Shown here in pieces: positions 1 to 7,760 of a DNA stretch of 40,996 nt (position 1 is its first letter; each line of letters starts with the position of its first letter). The position numbers and the translations under genes are program-made. The stretch is from Gemmatimonadota bacterium (GTDB lineage Bacteria > Gemmatimonadota > Gemmatimonadetes > Longimicrobiales > RSA9), in the NCBI GenBank assembly GCA_040905425.1, contig JBBDRO010000021.1:10396-51391 (forward strand). The letters are read 5' to 3'. The notes beneath the pieces were generated by a model that was given only the letters and a program-made list of their open reading frames with translations, had not been told where the DNA came from and did no database searches.

Positions 1-1382
1 TCGGCGGGGCCCTGCAGGTAGTCGAAGTAGGCGTGGCTGGTGGGTGTCATGACCACGTCCCGCCCCTGGCGCGCCGCCTCGATCCCGCCCGCCATGCCGC
101 GCCACGACATGACCGTGGCGTTCGGCGCGAGCCCGCCCTCCAGGATCTCGTCCCAGCCGATGAGGCGCCGGCCATGCGCGTTCAGGAAGCGCTCGATGCG
201 CCGGATGAACCAGCTCTGCAACTCGTCCTCGTCCGCCAGCCCCTCGCGCCGCATGACCTCCTGGGCCACCGGGCTCTCCCGCCAGCGCCGCTTCGGCGCC
301 TCGTCGCCGCCGATGTGGATATAGGGAGAGGGAAATAGCGCCATCACCTCCGCCAGCACGGTTTCGAGGAACTCGAAGGTGCGCTCGTGGGGGCACAGGA
401 CATCCTCGAACACGCCCCAGCGGGTGCCCACCTCGAAGGGACCCGCGGTGCACGCCAGCTCGGGATAGGCCGCGAGCGCCGCCAGGGCGTGGCCCGGCAT
501 CTCGATCTCGGGGATGATGGTGATGTGGCGCGCCGCGGCATACGCGACGACGTCGCTTATTTCCTCCTTGGTGTAGTAGCCGCCGTAGGGCGTGCCGTCT
601 CCTGTGGTCTCGGCGCGCCGCGCGCCCACCTGGGTGAGCCGCGGGTAGGCATCGATCTCGATGCGCCAGCCCTGGTCCTCCGTGAGGTGCCAGTGGAAGA
701 CGTTGAAGCGGTAGAGGGCCAGGAGGTCGATGTACTTCCTGATGAATTCGGGCGGGAAGAAGTGCCGCCCCACGTCCAGGTGCATGCCCCGGTAGGGGAA
801 GCGGGGCGCGTCGGTGATGCGCACGGCGGGCACGGATGCTCCGCCGTCCGCGCTGCGGGTCACCAGTTGCAGCAGGGTCTGCGTGCCGCGGAAGAGTCCC
901 GCGGGGGAAGCGGCGGCCAGCAGCACCCGCCGGCCGTTCACGTCCAGGCGGTAGCTCTCATCCAGCGAATCGGCGGTTGTGCCCTCGAGGCGCAGGATGA
1001 TGCCTGTGTCCGGCTCCGCGGCCGCCGCGCCCGCCGTGCTCACCAGCGCTAGGGCCAGGGATGGGCCGCCGATCCGGCGCACGCCCTCCGCCAGCAGCTC
1101 GGCCACCGCGGCGGCGTCCGTTACAGCGGACGCGGCGGCGCCCCCGGCGGCATCCGCGGCGGGGTCCGCCGCCGCACTCCCGGCCGCCAGGTGGATCCCG
1201 GAGTCTGCGGCCAGCCGCAGCTCTCCGGAGCGTGGCTCCAGGGTGGCCGGCGCCGGCACGATGGGGTAGCGCTCGGCCGGCGCGACGCCCCCGGGTGGCC
1301 GCAGGGCGGCGCAGCCCGTGGCCAGGGGCACGAGCAACAGCGGGAGCAGCGCGGGCAGGACGGCGGTTGCGGAGTGTCGCAT
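1..1382 (-). CDS. Beta-N-acetylhexosaminidase (GH20), predicted lipoprotein; 3' end runs off the window
   Basis: Not in the ORF track because there is no stop in the window. Manual translation from ATG 1382 gives MRHSATAVLPALLPLLLVPLATGC (lipobox), then YPIVPAP, DAPRFPYRGMHLDVGRHFF, FHWHLTEDQGWRIEI, PEIEMPGH and the catalytic HIGGDE. Confidence 0.95.
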   Translation of the reverse strand, partial: MRHSATAVLPALLPLLLVPLATGCAALRPPGGVAPAERYPIVPAPATLEPRSGELRLAADSGIHLAAGSAAADPAADAAGGAAASAVTDAAAVAELLAEGVRRIGGPSLALALVSTAGAAAAEPDTGIILRLEGTTADSLDESYRLDVNGRRVLLAAASPAGLFRGTQTLLQLVTRSADGGASVPAVRITDAPRFPYRGMHLDVGRHFFPPEFIRKYIDLLALYRFNVFHWHLTEDQGWRIEIDAYPRLTQVGARRAETTGDGTPYGGYYTKEEISDVVAYAAARHITIIPEIEMPGHALAALAAYPELACTAGPFEVGTRWGVFEDVLCPHERTFEFLETVLAEVMALFPSPYIHIGGDEAPKRRWRESPVAQEVMRREGLADEDELQSWFIRRIERFLNAHGRRLIGWDEILEGGLAPNATVMSWRGMAGGIEAARQGRDVVMTPTSHAYFDYLQGPA

Positions 1383-1388
1383 GGGATC

Positions 1389-1394
1389 AAACTA
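1389..1394 (-). promoter_or_regulatory. Putative -10 element (TAGTTT) of a leaderless GH20 transcript
   Basis: TANNNT hexamer 6 nt upstream of ATG 1382, with no Shine-Dalgarno (SD). Confidence 0.45.
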
Positions 1395-1493
1395 CGTGGC
1401 CGGAGGTGTGCGATCGAGAGGGGCCGTGTGGATGAGGTCCGCGGCAAGACCGGGTGCCGCTCATGGCCGCGCCGGATTCCCCTTCGCGCTGCT

Positions 1494-1508
1494 TGAGGGG
1501 TATCATAA
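1494..1508 (+). promoter_or_regulatory. TGAGGGGTATCATAA motif containing a TATCAT -10-like hexamer, upstream of the DUF6922/AbiEii pair
   Basis: AT-rich hexamer in GC-rich DNA; a near-identical copy lies at 7107-7122. Confidence 0.45.
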
Positions 1509-1539
1509 GGAGGATCGGGATCTCACCGCGGAGGCACAG

Positions 1540-1866
1540 ATGCCGGACGAACCGGCTCAGGTCAGGCTGCCGGAATCCCTGCTGAGCCATTTCCAGGAGT
1601 ACGACAGCGCCACACTGTCGTGGCCGCACAGCCGGCACACGATCGTCCTGCGCCTCCTGCAGGCCGGTGGACTGGAGGCCGTGCTCTGGCTCCGCGAGCA
1701 CATGACGGATGAGGAGATCCAGGATTTCATCACCCGGCGGAGCGGACGCGGGATCGAGCCGCGGCGTCTCCGCTTCTGGGGAGTCATCCTGGATATCCCT
1801 CGTCAGCAGGTGGACGATTGGGTCGCCGAGGCGCACGCCGATCCCTGGCAGCGGCGGGCCGGGTGA
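1540..1866 (+). CDS. DUF6922-like small protein, putative antitoxin partner of the AbiEii-type toxin
   Basis: ATG 1540 follows a GGAGG SD. The pattern LP...F.EYD...L.W......IVLRLLQAGG.EAV.WL...RRLRFW resembles DUF6922 proteins. The stop overlaps the next start (GTGA). Confidence 0.7.
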   Translation: MPDEPAQVRLPESLLSHFQEYDSATLSWPHSRHTIVLRLLQAGGLEAVLWLREHMTDEEIQDFITRRSGRGIEPRRLRFWGVILDIPRQQVDDWVAEAHADPWQRRAG

Positions 1867-2510
1867 GGCTTTACCCGGAGGTCATGCCTGAAGGTCAGCA
1901 GACGGTGCTCCGACAGGTCGGTTCGTTCGCCACCAAGCGGGGATTCGTCCTCACCGGCGGAACGGCGCTCGCCATCCAGCTGGGCCATCGACGCTCGGTC
2001 GATCTGGACTGGTTCACCGAGGGTGAGATCTCCGACGGCCTCTCGCTGGCCGCGGAGCTTCGCGATGCGGGCGTCGATTTCGAGGTCACGGATACCGCCC
2101 GGGGCACGCTTCACGGGCAGGCTGACGGTGTGCAGGTGAGCTTCCTCGAATACCGCTATCCCGCGCTGGAGGCACCGCTCGACTGGCCCGACTACGGCTG
2201 TCGGCTGGCCGCGCCCGAAGATCTTGCCTGCATGAAGCTGTCGGCCATCGTGAATCGCGGTGCCAGGAAGGATTTCATCGATCTGTACAGTCTCGGGCGC
2301 GAACGGATGTCCTTGCACAGCATGCTGGCCCTCTACCGGCGGAAATACCAACTGGCGGACCTTGGGCATGTTCTGATGAGTCTGACCTACTTCGACAACG
2401 CGGAAGCCGAAGAGATGCCGGTCATGCTCTGGGACACCGGATGGGCGGAGATCAAGGACACGATCGAGGGGTGGGTGCGCTCCTATGTGGAGCTAAAAGC
2501 AACCTCCTGA
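1863..2510 (+). CDS. Nucleotidyltransferase, AbiEii/AbiGii toxin family
   Basis: Motifs FVLTGGTALAIQLGHRRSVDLDWF and MKLSAIVNRGARKDFIDLY. GTG 1863 is coupled to the upstream stop. Confidence 0.9.
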   Translation: MRLYPEVMPEGQQTVLRQVGSFATKRGFVLTGGTALAIQLGHRRSVDLDWFTEGEISDGLSLAAELRDAGVDFEVTDTARGTLHGQADGVQVSFLEYRYPALEAPLDWPDYGCRLAAPEDLACMKLSAIVNRGARKDFIDLYSLGRERMSLHSMLALYRRKYQLADLGHVLMSLTYFDNAEAEEMPVMLWDTGWAEIKDTIEGWVRSYVELKATS

Positions 2511-2520
2511 CCGCAGCCCC

Positions 2521-4221
2521 CTACTCCACTTCCCGCTGGAACTTGAACACCGGGTACACCGTGGGCCGCTCGTGGGCGCCCACCTGGAAGAGCGCCTCGT
2601 CCATGACGTGCCAGCCCACGAAGCCGTCCTCCGACTGGGGCTCCAGGTAGTAGAAGGCCGCGTTGGCCATCGGCTGGGCCATGTCCACGAAGAAGGTGCC
2701 GGCGGGGAAATCCCGCACCGTCTCCACGAAGCCACCCTCCAGGCGGCCGATGTCGTAGCCCCGCACGCGCTCGCTGCCCCATGCGGAGATGGCGAATTGC
2801 TCGCCGGCAACGCGCATCGGCTCCTCCAGCACGCTCACCTCGATGCCGTGCGCCTCGAGCTTCTCCGCCACGTAGGCAAACTCGGCGGGGATCACGTATG
2901 CGCGCGGCATCCAGGCGTCCACGGTCCCCACGGACAGGGTCATGTCCTGCACCCTGGCCGGCACGGGGAGGCCGTCGGGCGTGCCGGTGGCGGTGACGCG
3001 CACGCTGGTGCCGGGGAGGAAGTCCGTCGCCTGGTCCGGGTACCACAGCACCTCGATCTCACCCCGCGAGCGGTACGCGCCGCGCACCCAGTTGCGGAGC
3101 TCTTTGGACTCGGCGCCGGCCAGCACCCGGGCCACGGTCTCCGCGTCGGCGTTCCGCGCCACGGCCTGCATCTCCCGGGCGTTGTCGGCCACGTACTCCA
3201 GGAGCGACAGGATGTAGGCATACTGCGCGTAGATGCGCCGCTCGAAGCCGGGCTGGCCGGGCGTCTCGGTGATGATGGCCATGCGGTTCCTGAGCCCGTA
3301 GTCGTTGACCACGAACTTGGCATCCTGCGTCCACGCCGAGTAGCTGTGGCCCCACTCCGTGGGGGGACGCTGGGCGTCGAACAGCGCGTGGGTGTACACC
3401 TCCAGGTCGAAGTCCCGGCGCACCCGGTCCCGCACCGCGGGGAAGAGGGTGTGCGTGACGTAGTCGCGGGGCCCCGGGTGGGCCGCCGGGGTGGTGGAGG
3501 TGGCGTAGGCGTTGGCGTAGCCGTGGTTCACCCGCCCCATGGTGTGCCCGTCGAAGAAGAGCAGCGGGTCCCACGCGTTCATGAAGGCGTAGAGGCCGTT
3601 GCCCTCGATGGTCTCGAGCTTGACCCCGTCCCGGTTCAGGTCATGGCCCGCGGAGTTCTCCCGCACGCCGACGATGACAGGCGTGGCGCTCCCCAGGGCC
3701 TCGTTGTGGGACCTGAACGTGTCGGTGCCGTCCACGTTGTAGATGGGCGCCACGGCAATGATCAGGTCGTCGAGCAGGTGGGCCCGCTCACCCAGCAATA
3801 CGTCCCGCATCACCATGAGGAGCGCTTCGGCGGCCTCGGACTCCGGCGGGTGGATGTTGCCGATGAGAAAGACGACCGGCTTGCCAGACGCCCGCGCCTC
3901 GCGCGCGGTCCGCACCCGCGGGTTCGCCAGGATGGCCACGGGCGCCACCTTCCGCAGCGGACTGATGAAGAGCTCCTCCACGTGCAGGTTCCCGGCCTCC
4001 CACTTGAGGGCGGCCAGGTACTCGTGGAGGTCCAGGCTGGAGGTGGTGCGCGTGTAGTCGGTGCGCTCGGGCACGATGCGCAGCGCGTCGGCCCACTCCC
4101 CGTTCCACCCCGCGGGCACCTCGTCGGCCCACAGGAGCTCGGGGTCAACGGCCTGTCCGGCCAGGGGCGCGGCCGGGAGGAGGAGCGCGGCGGCCAGGGG
4201 AAGCAGCCTTGTGGGACGCAT
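2521..4221 (-). CDS. Secreted M14-family zinc carboxypeptidase
   Basis: Signal peptide MRPTRLLPLAAALLLPAAPLAG, zinc ligands IHPPE and DGH, and YNVDG...RENSAGHDLNRD. Confidence 0.85.
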   Translation of the reverse strand: MRPTRLLPLAAALLLPAAPLAGQAVDPELLWADEVPAGWNGEWADALRIVPERTDYTRTTSSLDLHEYLAALKWEAGNLHVEELFISPLRKVAPVAILANPRVRTAREARASGKPVVFLIGNIHPPESEAAEALLMVMRDVLLGERAHLLDDLIIAVAPIYNVDGTDTFRSHNEALGSATPVIVGVRENSAGHDLNRDGVKLETIEGNGLYAFMNAWDPLLFFDGHTMGRVNHGYANAYATSTTPAAHPGPRDYVTHTLFPAVRDRVRRDFDLEVYTHALFDAQRPPTEWGHSYSAWTQDAKFVVNDYGLRNRMAIITETPGQPGFERRIYAQYAYILSLLEYVADNAREMQAVARNADAETVARVLAGAESKELRNWVRGAYRSRGEIEVLWYPDQATDFLPGTSVRVTATGTPDGLPVPARVQDMTLSVGTVDAWMPRAYVIPAEFAYVAEKLEAHGIEVSVLEEPMRVAGEQFAISAWGSERVRGYDIGRLEGGFVETVRDFPAGTFFVDMAQPMANAAFYYLEPQSEDGFVGWHVMDEALFQVGAHERPTVYPVFKFQREVE

Positions 4222-4273
4222 GATTCGCAGCTCTCGGGAGACGGTGCCGGGGGATGGGCTGGGTCCGACCGGG

Positions 4274-4302
4274 AAGGTGGGGAGGGCCCTGGCAGGGGGC
4301 AA
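4274..4302 (-). promoter_or_regulatory. Possible sigma70 promoter for the M14 peptidase (TTGCCC-17-CACCTT)
   Basis: Partial consensus -35/-10 with 17-nt spacing, ~50 nt upstream of the start. Confidence 0.3.
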
Positions 4303-4337
4303 GCCGAGCCCGGCTCCGACGTTCTGTGGCTGGTGCG

Positions 4338-5471
4338 CTACCGGAGGCGCACGACCACCGCTGCCCTTTCCCCAGCGCCGAGCTCGAATCCCGCCGAATT
4401 GCGGGCACCGAGCTCAGCATGCATAAGGCGGAGCACGTAGCTGCCGGGGCCGGGTGCCCGCAGCGTGAAGCCGCCCGAATCATCGATGCGGGCGATGTCG
4501 AAGCGCTCCCCGGTGGCGCCGAGGAGTTCGATGACGCCAACCGCGGGAATGTCCGTGGCTGCGAGGCTGCCCTGTACGGTGCCGGGCGGAAAGCCGGGTG
4601 CCGGCGGCAGGATCTCGATCGTGGCGTCCAGCGGGGCTGCGTCCGGCAGAGTGGGCGGCGGCTCGGTGTGACCAGGTGCCGGATCGCGCCCATCCGGTGA
4701 AAGGGCGCGTACGGCGTCGGGGCGGAGACTCCACAGTGCCAGAACGCTGCAGCGCAGGGCTTCGCAGCCGCCATCGCCCTGCATCTCCATCGGAGCCTCG
4801 TAGTAGTCTTTGTAAAATTCGATCCCCTCGATAAACACTACGGGGGTCTGCATGAAGAATTCTTTTTGAATGTGTGGCACAAGGCGCCCATTCCAGTAAA
4901 CCCAGTAGGCTCCCGACCCCGTGAACCAGCGCATCACATCACTGATGCGTATGGCACTCCGCATCTCGGGCCCCTCATGCAAGACCACCCGACTCGGACC
5001 CACCGGATACGCCTCCGCCGCCCGCAGGTAGAGTCCCTCGTACGTGGCCCGCTGCCGGGCATCGAGTCCGCGCCCCCGGACCTCCAGCGGGTCCAGCTCC
5101 ACCGCCCGGACGCTCATGCGCACGACCACGTCCAGCCGATCCCTGTTCCCGACCCGGATCTCCTGCGTATGGACCTCCTCATAGCCCAGGCGGATGGCCT
5201 GGAGACGATAGACGCCCGCCTGCTCCAGGCGAAACACAAAGGCGCCCGCGCTGTCGCTGAGGGTGATCGCCACGGATTCGCCCCCCACGTCGAGCAGGCG
5301 GAGGTGGGCGCCCTCGATGGCGGCGCCGGTGGCCGAGTCCACGACGCGGCCGTGGATGGACTGGGCTTCGAGGGATGCAGGCAGGGGCGCCAAAAGCGCG
5401 AGGCCGAGAACCACGACTCCGGCGCACGTCCGGCACGAAGCTGCCGGGGGGATGTGGTGCGAACCAGGCAT
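4338..5471 (-). CDS. Secreted carboxypeptidase-regulatory-like (Ig/prealbumin-like) domain protein with a plug-like middle region
   Basis: ATG 5471 follows GGAGG. The signal peptide ends at LEA-Q, followed by IHGRVVDSATGAAIEGA...SDSAGAF...G.YRL...RLGY, then IEGIEFY...C.VLALWS, and a second Ig-like repeat at the C-terminus. Confidence 0.7.
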   Translation of the reverse strand: MPGSHHIPPAASCRTCAGVVVLGLALLAPLPASLEAQSIHGRVVDSATGAAIEGAHLRLLDVGGESVAITLSDSAGAFVFRLEQAGVYRLQAIRLGYEEVHTQEIRVGNRDRLDVVVRMSVRAVELDPLEVRGRGLDARQRATYEGLYLRAAEAYPVGPSRVVLHEGPEMRSAIRISDVMRWFTGSGAYWVYWNGRLVPHIQKEFFMQTPVVFIEGIEFYKDYYEAPMEMQGDGGCEALRCSVLALWSLRPDAVRALSPDGRDPAPGHTEPPPTLPDAAPLDATIEILPPAPGFPPGTVQGSLAATDIPAVGVIELLGATGERFDIARIDDSGGFTLRAPGPGSYVLRLMHAELGARNSAGFELGAGERAAVVVRLR

Positions 5472-5736
5472 CGGGTGCCTCCAGGCGGAGGTGGCGCGGT
5501 AGTGCTCGGGTCCGGAGCCCGCCACACGGCCATCCCTGTCATACTGCCCGGCCGCGATGGATGTTCCCGTTGGGATGTCCGCGGCCCAGCGTGCCCTATC
5601 CGACCACAGCTCGGGGGGCGGACTCCACTGCTGCTCGGGGCGCAATGTGGCAGACATTCGCCGCCGCCGGCAGCACCACGTACTATGCGGCGGATACGGA
5701 GAAGAACCCGCACACTACTCCTGTGAGGAGAGTGGG

Positions 5737-6135
5737 ATGATCGCTCCGAAGGACCTGGATGGCCATGACGATGAAGTCTGGTTCCTGAACCGCAACCTCG
5801 TCACGGTACGTCCGCGGCAACCGTTTGTTGATTGGGTTCGCAAGCAAGACCCTGACGACCTGATGCCGGAAGACGAGATCAGGAATTCCCCCGGCGCCTA
5901 CCTCATTCCCGACTTCGAAGTGCCGGGAGAGTGCGAGCGCTGGGTCCGGCAGCATTTCCCTACGTTGTTCGAGATGCAGTTGAACGAGTGGTACATGAAC
6001 CCCTCTATGTGGCCTCGCGATCGGAGCTGGGAACGCTTCAACGAATGGTTCGAGTGGGAAGTGATCGAGATCGTCTGGGACCTGGTGGACGGACCCCTTT
6101 CAAGTGAGCCTCCTGATCTTGATGATGCGTACTAG
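5737..6135 (+). CDS. Uncharacterised acidic, Trp-rich protein (family I recall being labelled 'VacJ'; not an MlaA lipoprotein)
   Basis: ATG 5737 follows GAGGAG. It matches a recognisable pattern: NR..V.VRPRQPF.DW...YLIP...FE.QLNEWY...WP.DR....F.EWF. Confidence 0.75.
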   Translation: MIAPKDLDGHDDEVWFLNRNLVTVRPRQPFVDWVRKQDPDDLMPEDEIRNSPGAYLIPDFEVPGECERWVRQHFPTLFEMQLNEWYMNPSMWPRDRSWERFNEWFEWEVIEIVWDLVDGPLSSEPPDLDDAY

Positions 6136-6358
6136 CAACGGGTGGTGTGCGCGCCGGCGATGGGTGGCGGTGATGGCTACGGCGGCCGCAACCCTGGCTG
6201 CCGGATGTTCGTCCAGCAACCTGACGACCTCTGAAGCGCCCGCGGCAGCCATCCGAGCCCTCCCGGCGGGAGCGCCGCTGCTCGTCTGGGATGGCATGCT
6301 GCTGCGGCTGTACAGCACCCGGGCGTGGAGCGGCGTCGTGCGGGTCACCTCGACGTAG
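6125..6358 (+). pseudogene. Short lipoprotein ORF, probable eroded remnant of a beta-propeller lipoprotein
   Basis: Start overlaps the upstream gene end. Basic N-region, hydrophobic core and lipobox LAAGC are present. LLVWDGMLLRL resembles a propeller blade. Stops after ~77 aa. Confidence 0.4.
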
Positions 6359-6486
6359 CACGCGGAGTCATCGTGCGCGCTCCTTCGATGTCCAACGTGC
6401 TGGTCCTGACCTTGCCCTATCAGGAGGCGGAAGGCGGTCCCGCTTCAGCCGGACCACCCACTACCCCTGAGAGCAAGGATTGTCTG

Positions 6487-6753
6487 ATGTCCGAATACCG
6501 ACCCGTGACCTGCGGCCAGCACGACGTCCTGCAGGACGTGGCCACCCGCGGCGTACGCTCCGAGATCGTTTTCCGGGAGGAGAACGGCGGCGAGCACCTG
6601 GTGAACGATCAGGTGGTAGACGTCTTCACCCGCGGGGACGGGGAGTTCACCCGATTGCAGAGCGGCCAGGAGATTCGCCTGGACCATCTGGTGCGCGTCA
6701 ACGACACGGTCTTCGACGAGGACGGCGTCGGTCGGGACCCGCAGGCGGAGTAA
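6487..6753 (+). CDS. Rho-binding antiterminator, Rof/YaeO-like
   Basis: 88 aa with an AAGGA SD. The YRPVTC..HD.L N-terminus and EIRLDHL C-terminus match the Rof family pattern (Y.PI.C..YD...RLD.I). Confidence 0.75.
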   Translation: MSEYRPVTCGQHDVLQDVATRGVRSEIVFREENGGEHLVNDQVVDVFTRGDGEFTRLQSGQEIRLDHLVRVNDTVFDEDGVGRDPQAE

Positions 6754-6821
6754 GGCACGCGCAACGGCTCGAGGGCGCGCGGTGTCCCACCCGTAGCGCC
6801 CCTCCTGCAAGGCAATCCTCT

Positions 6822-7109
6822 ATGCGACGTCCCCGCGCGGCTTCCACCGCTCTTCTCGTCCTCGCGGCGTGCGCCGGCTCGGACGCCCCGACCGACGGCG
6901 TGGCGTTCCGTGTGGAGCATCGGGCGCCCGGGGGGGGGCGGCCCCGGCCAGTTCGCGTGGGTCCCAGGCAATCGTCGCTACAAGCTGCGCTGCTGCTTTT
7001 CGCCGCGCTCGACGGGCCGCCGCTGTGCGCATTGGGCCACTTGCGTCCACGTACACAAAGCCGTACTGTTGTCTATATTAATGTACGAATGTCACTATTT
7101 TTTTCGTGA
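6822..7109 (+). pseudogene. Frameshifted lipoprotein remnant (NHL/6-bladed propeller-like)
   Basis: MRRPRAASTALLVLAAC has a lipobox. The propeller-like VWSIGRPGGGGPGQF lies in the +1 frame at 6910-6954, spanning a G9 run at 6930-6938. Confidence 0.45.
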
Positions 7110-7122
7110 GGGGTTATCATAA
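7069..7122 (+). promoter_or_regulatory. AT-rich promoter/operator region of the MNT-HEPN pair
   Basis: Contains TTGTCT (7069-7074), an imperfect palindrome TATATTAATGTA (7074-7085), TGn-CACTAT (7090-7098) and a second -10-like TATCAT (7115-7120). Confidence 0.5.
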
Positions 7123-7760
7123 CTCCACTGCCGAGTCTTCTGTTTCAGCCCCTGGACGCGGTCCTCGGCCGGCGCTCCCACGTACGGATTCTGCGAACGC
7201 TGTGCTTGCACGGAGAGCCCCTGACGCCACCGGAGCTCGCGTGGCGGGCCGGTATCAGCCGCGCGGGGGCGTGGAACGCGCTCGAAGCCCTCGAGGAGAT
7301 CGGGATCGTGGGGCCAGTAGGAACTGGTGGTTCCGTCCCCTATCAGTTGAACGAAGCGCATCCCCTGGCCGACACGATCCGGACGCTCTACGCAGAAGAA
7401 GCGAACCGGGCTGACGGTGTGTTTTCCGAGGTCCGTACGGCGGCGGCCACGCTTGACCCGCCGCCGCTGGCCGTCTGGCTCTACGGTAGCGTCGCCCGGG
7501 CCGAAGATCGGGCGGACAGTGACCTGGATATCGCGGTGGTCGGTCGGGATCGGGAAGACGCACGAAGCGGCGCCCGGCAGCTCCGGGAAGCACTGGAAGG
7601 GTTCGCAGCGCGCTGGGCAATACATCCCTCCGTCATCAGCCTGTCCGGGGAGGAGATCGAGGCGTTGCGGCGTGACAATAATGAGTTCTGGCAGCGAATC
7701 ATCGAGGATGGGATCCCACTGTTGGGGCCGGCCCCCGAGGCGCTGGAGATTGTGGGATGA
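7119..7760 (+). CDS. Winged-HTH + minimal nucleotidyltransferase (MNT) protein, MntA-like antitoxin; start uncertain
   Basis: HTH segment LTPPELAWRAGISRAGAWNALEALEEIGIV and a GS-X10-DXD motif (LYGSVARAEDRADSDLDIAVV). The open frame extends back to TGA 7107 with protein-like QPLDAVLGRRSHVRILRTL. The first canonical start is TTG 7206. Confidence 0.85.
   Translation: MTPLPSLLFQPLDAVLGRRSHVRILRTLCLHGEPLTPPELAWRAGISRAGAWNALEALEEIGIVGPVGTGGSVPYQLNEAHPLADTIRTLYAEEANRADGVFSEVRTAAATLDPPPLAVWLYGSVARAEDRADSDLDIAVVGRDREDARSGARQLREALEGFAARWAIHPSVISLSGEEIEALRRDNNEFWQRIIEDGIPLLGPAPEALEIVG

Noticed and set aside
1120..1185. GC-rich quasi-repeat
   Set aside because: It encodes an Ala/Gly/Asp low-complexity loop inside the GH20 protein and is not a DNA repeat element.
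33..1496. Plus-strand ORFs in the first 1.5 kb
   Set aside because: They lie opposite the GH20 gene, which the ORF track missed because its stop is outside the window.
5552..5585. Imperfect inverted repeat in the divergent intergenic region as an ncRNA or riboswitch
   Set aside because: The stem is short and mismatched, with no recognisable family motif.
7062..7095. AT-rich TATATTAATGTA near xerD as a dif site
   Set aside because: It does not fit the 11-6-11 XerC/XerD arm consensus and is better explained as a promoter or operator.
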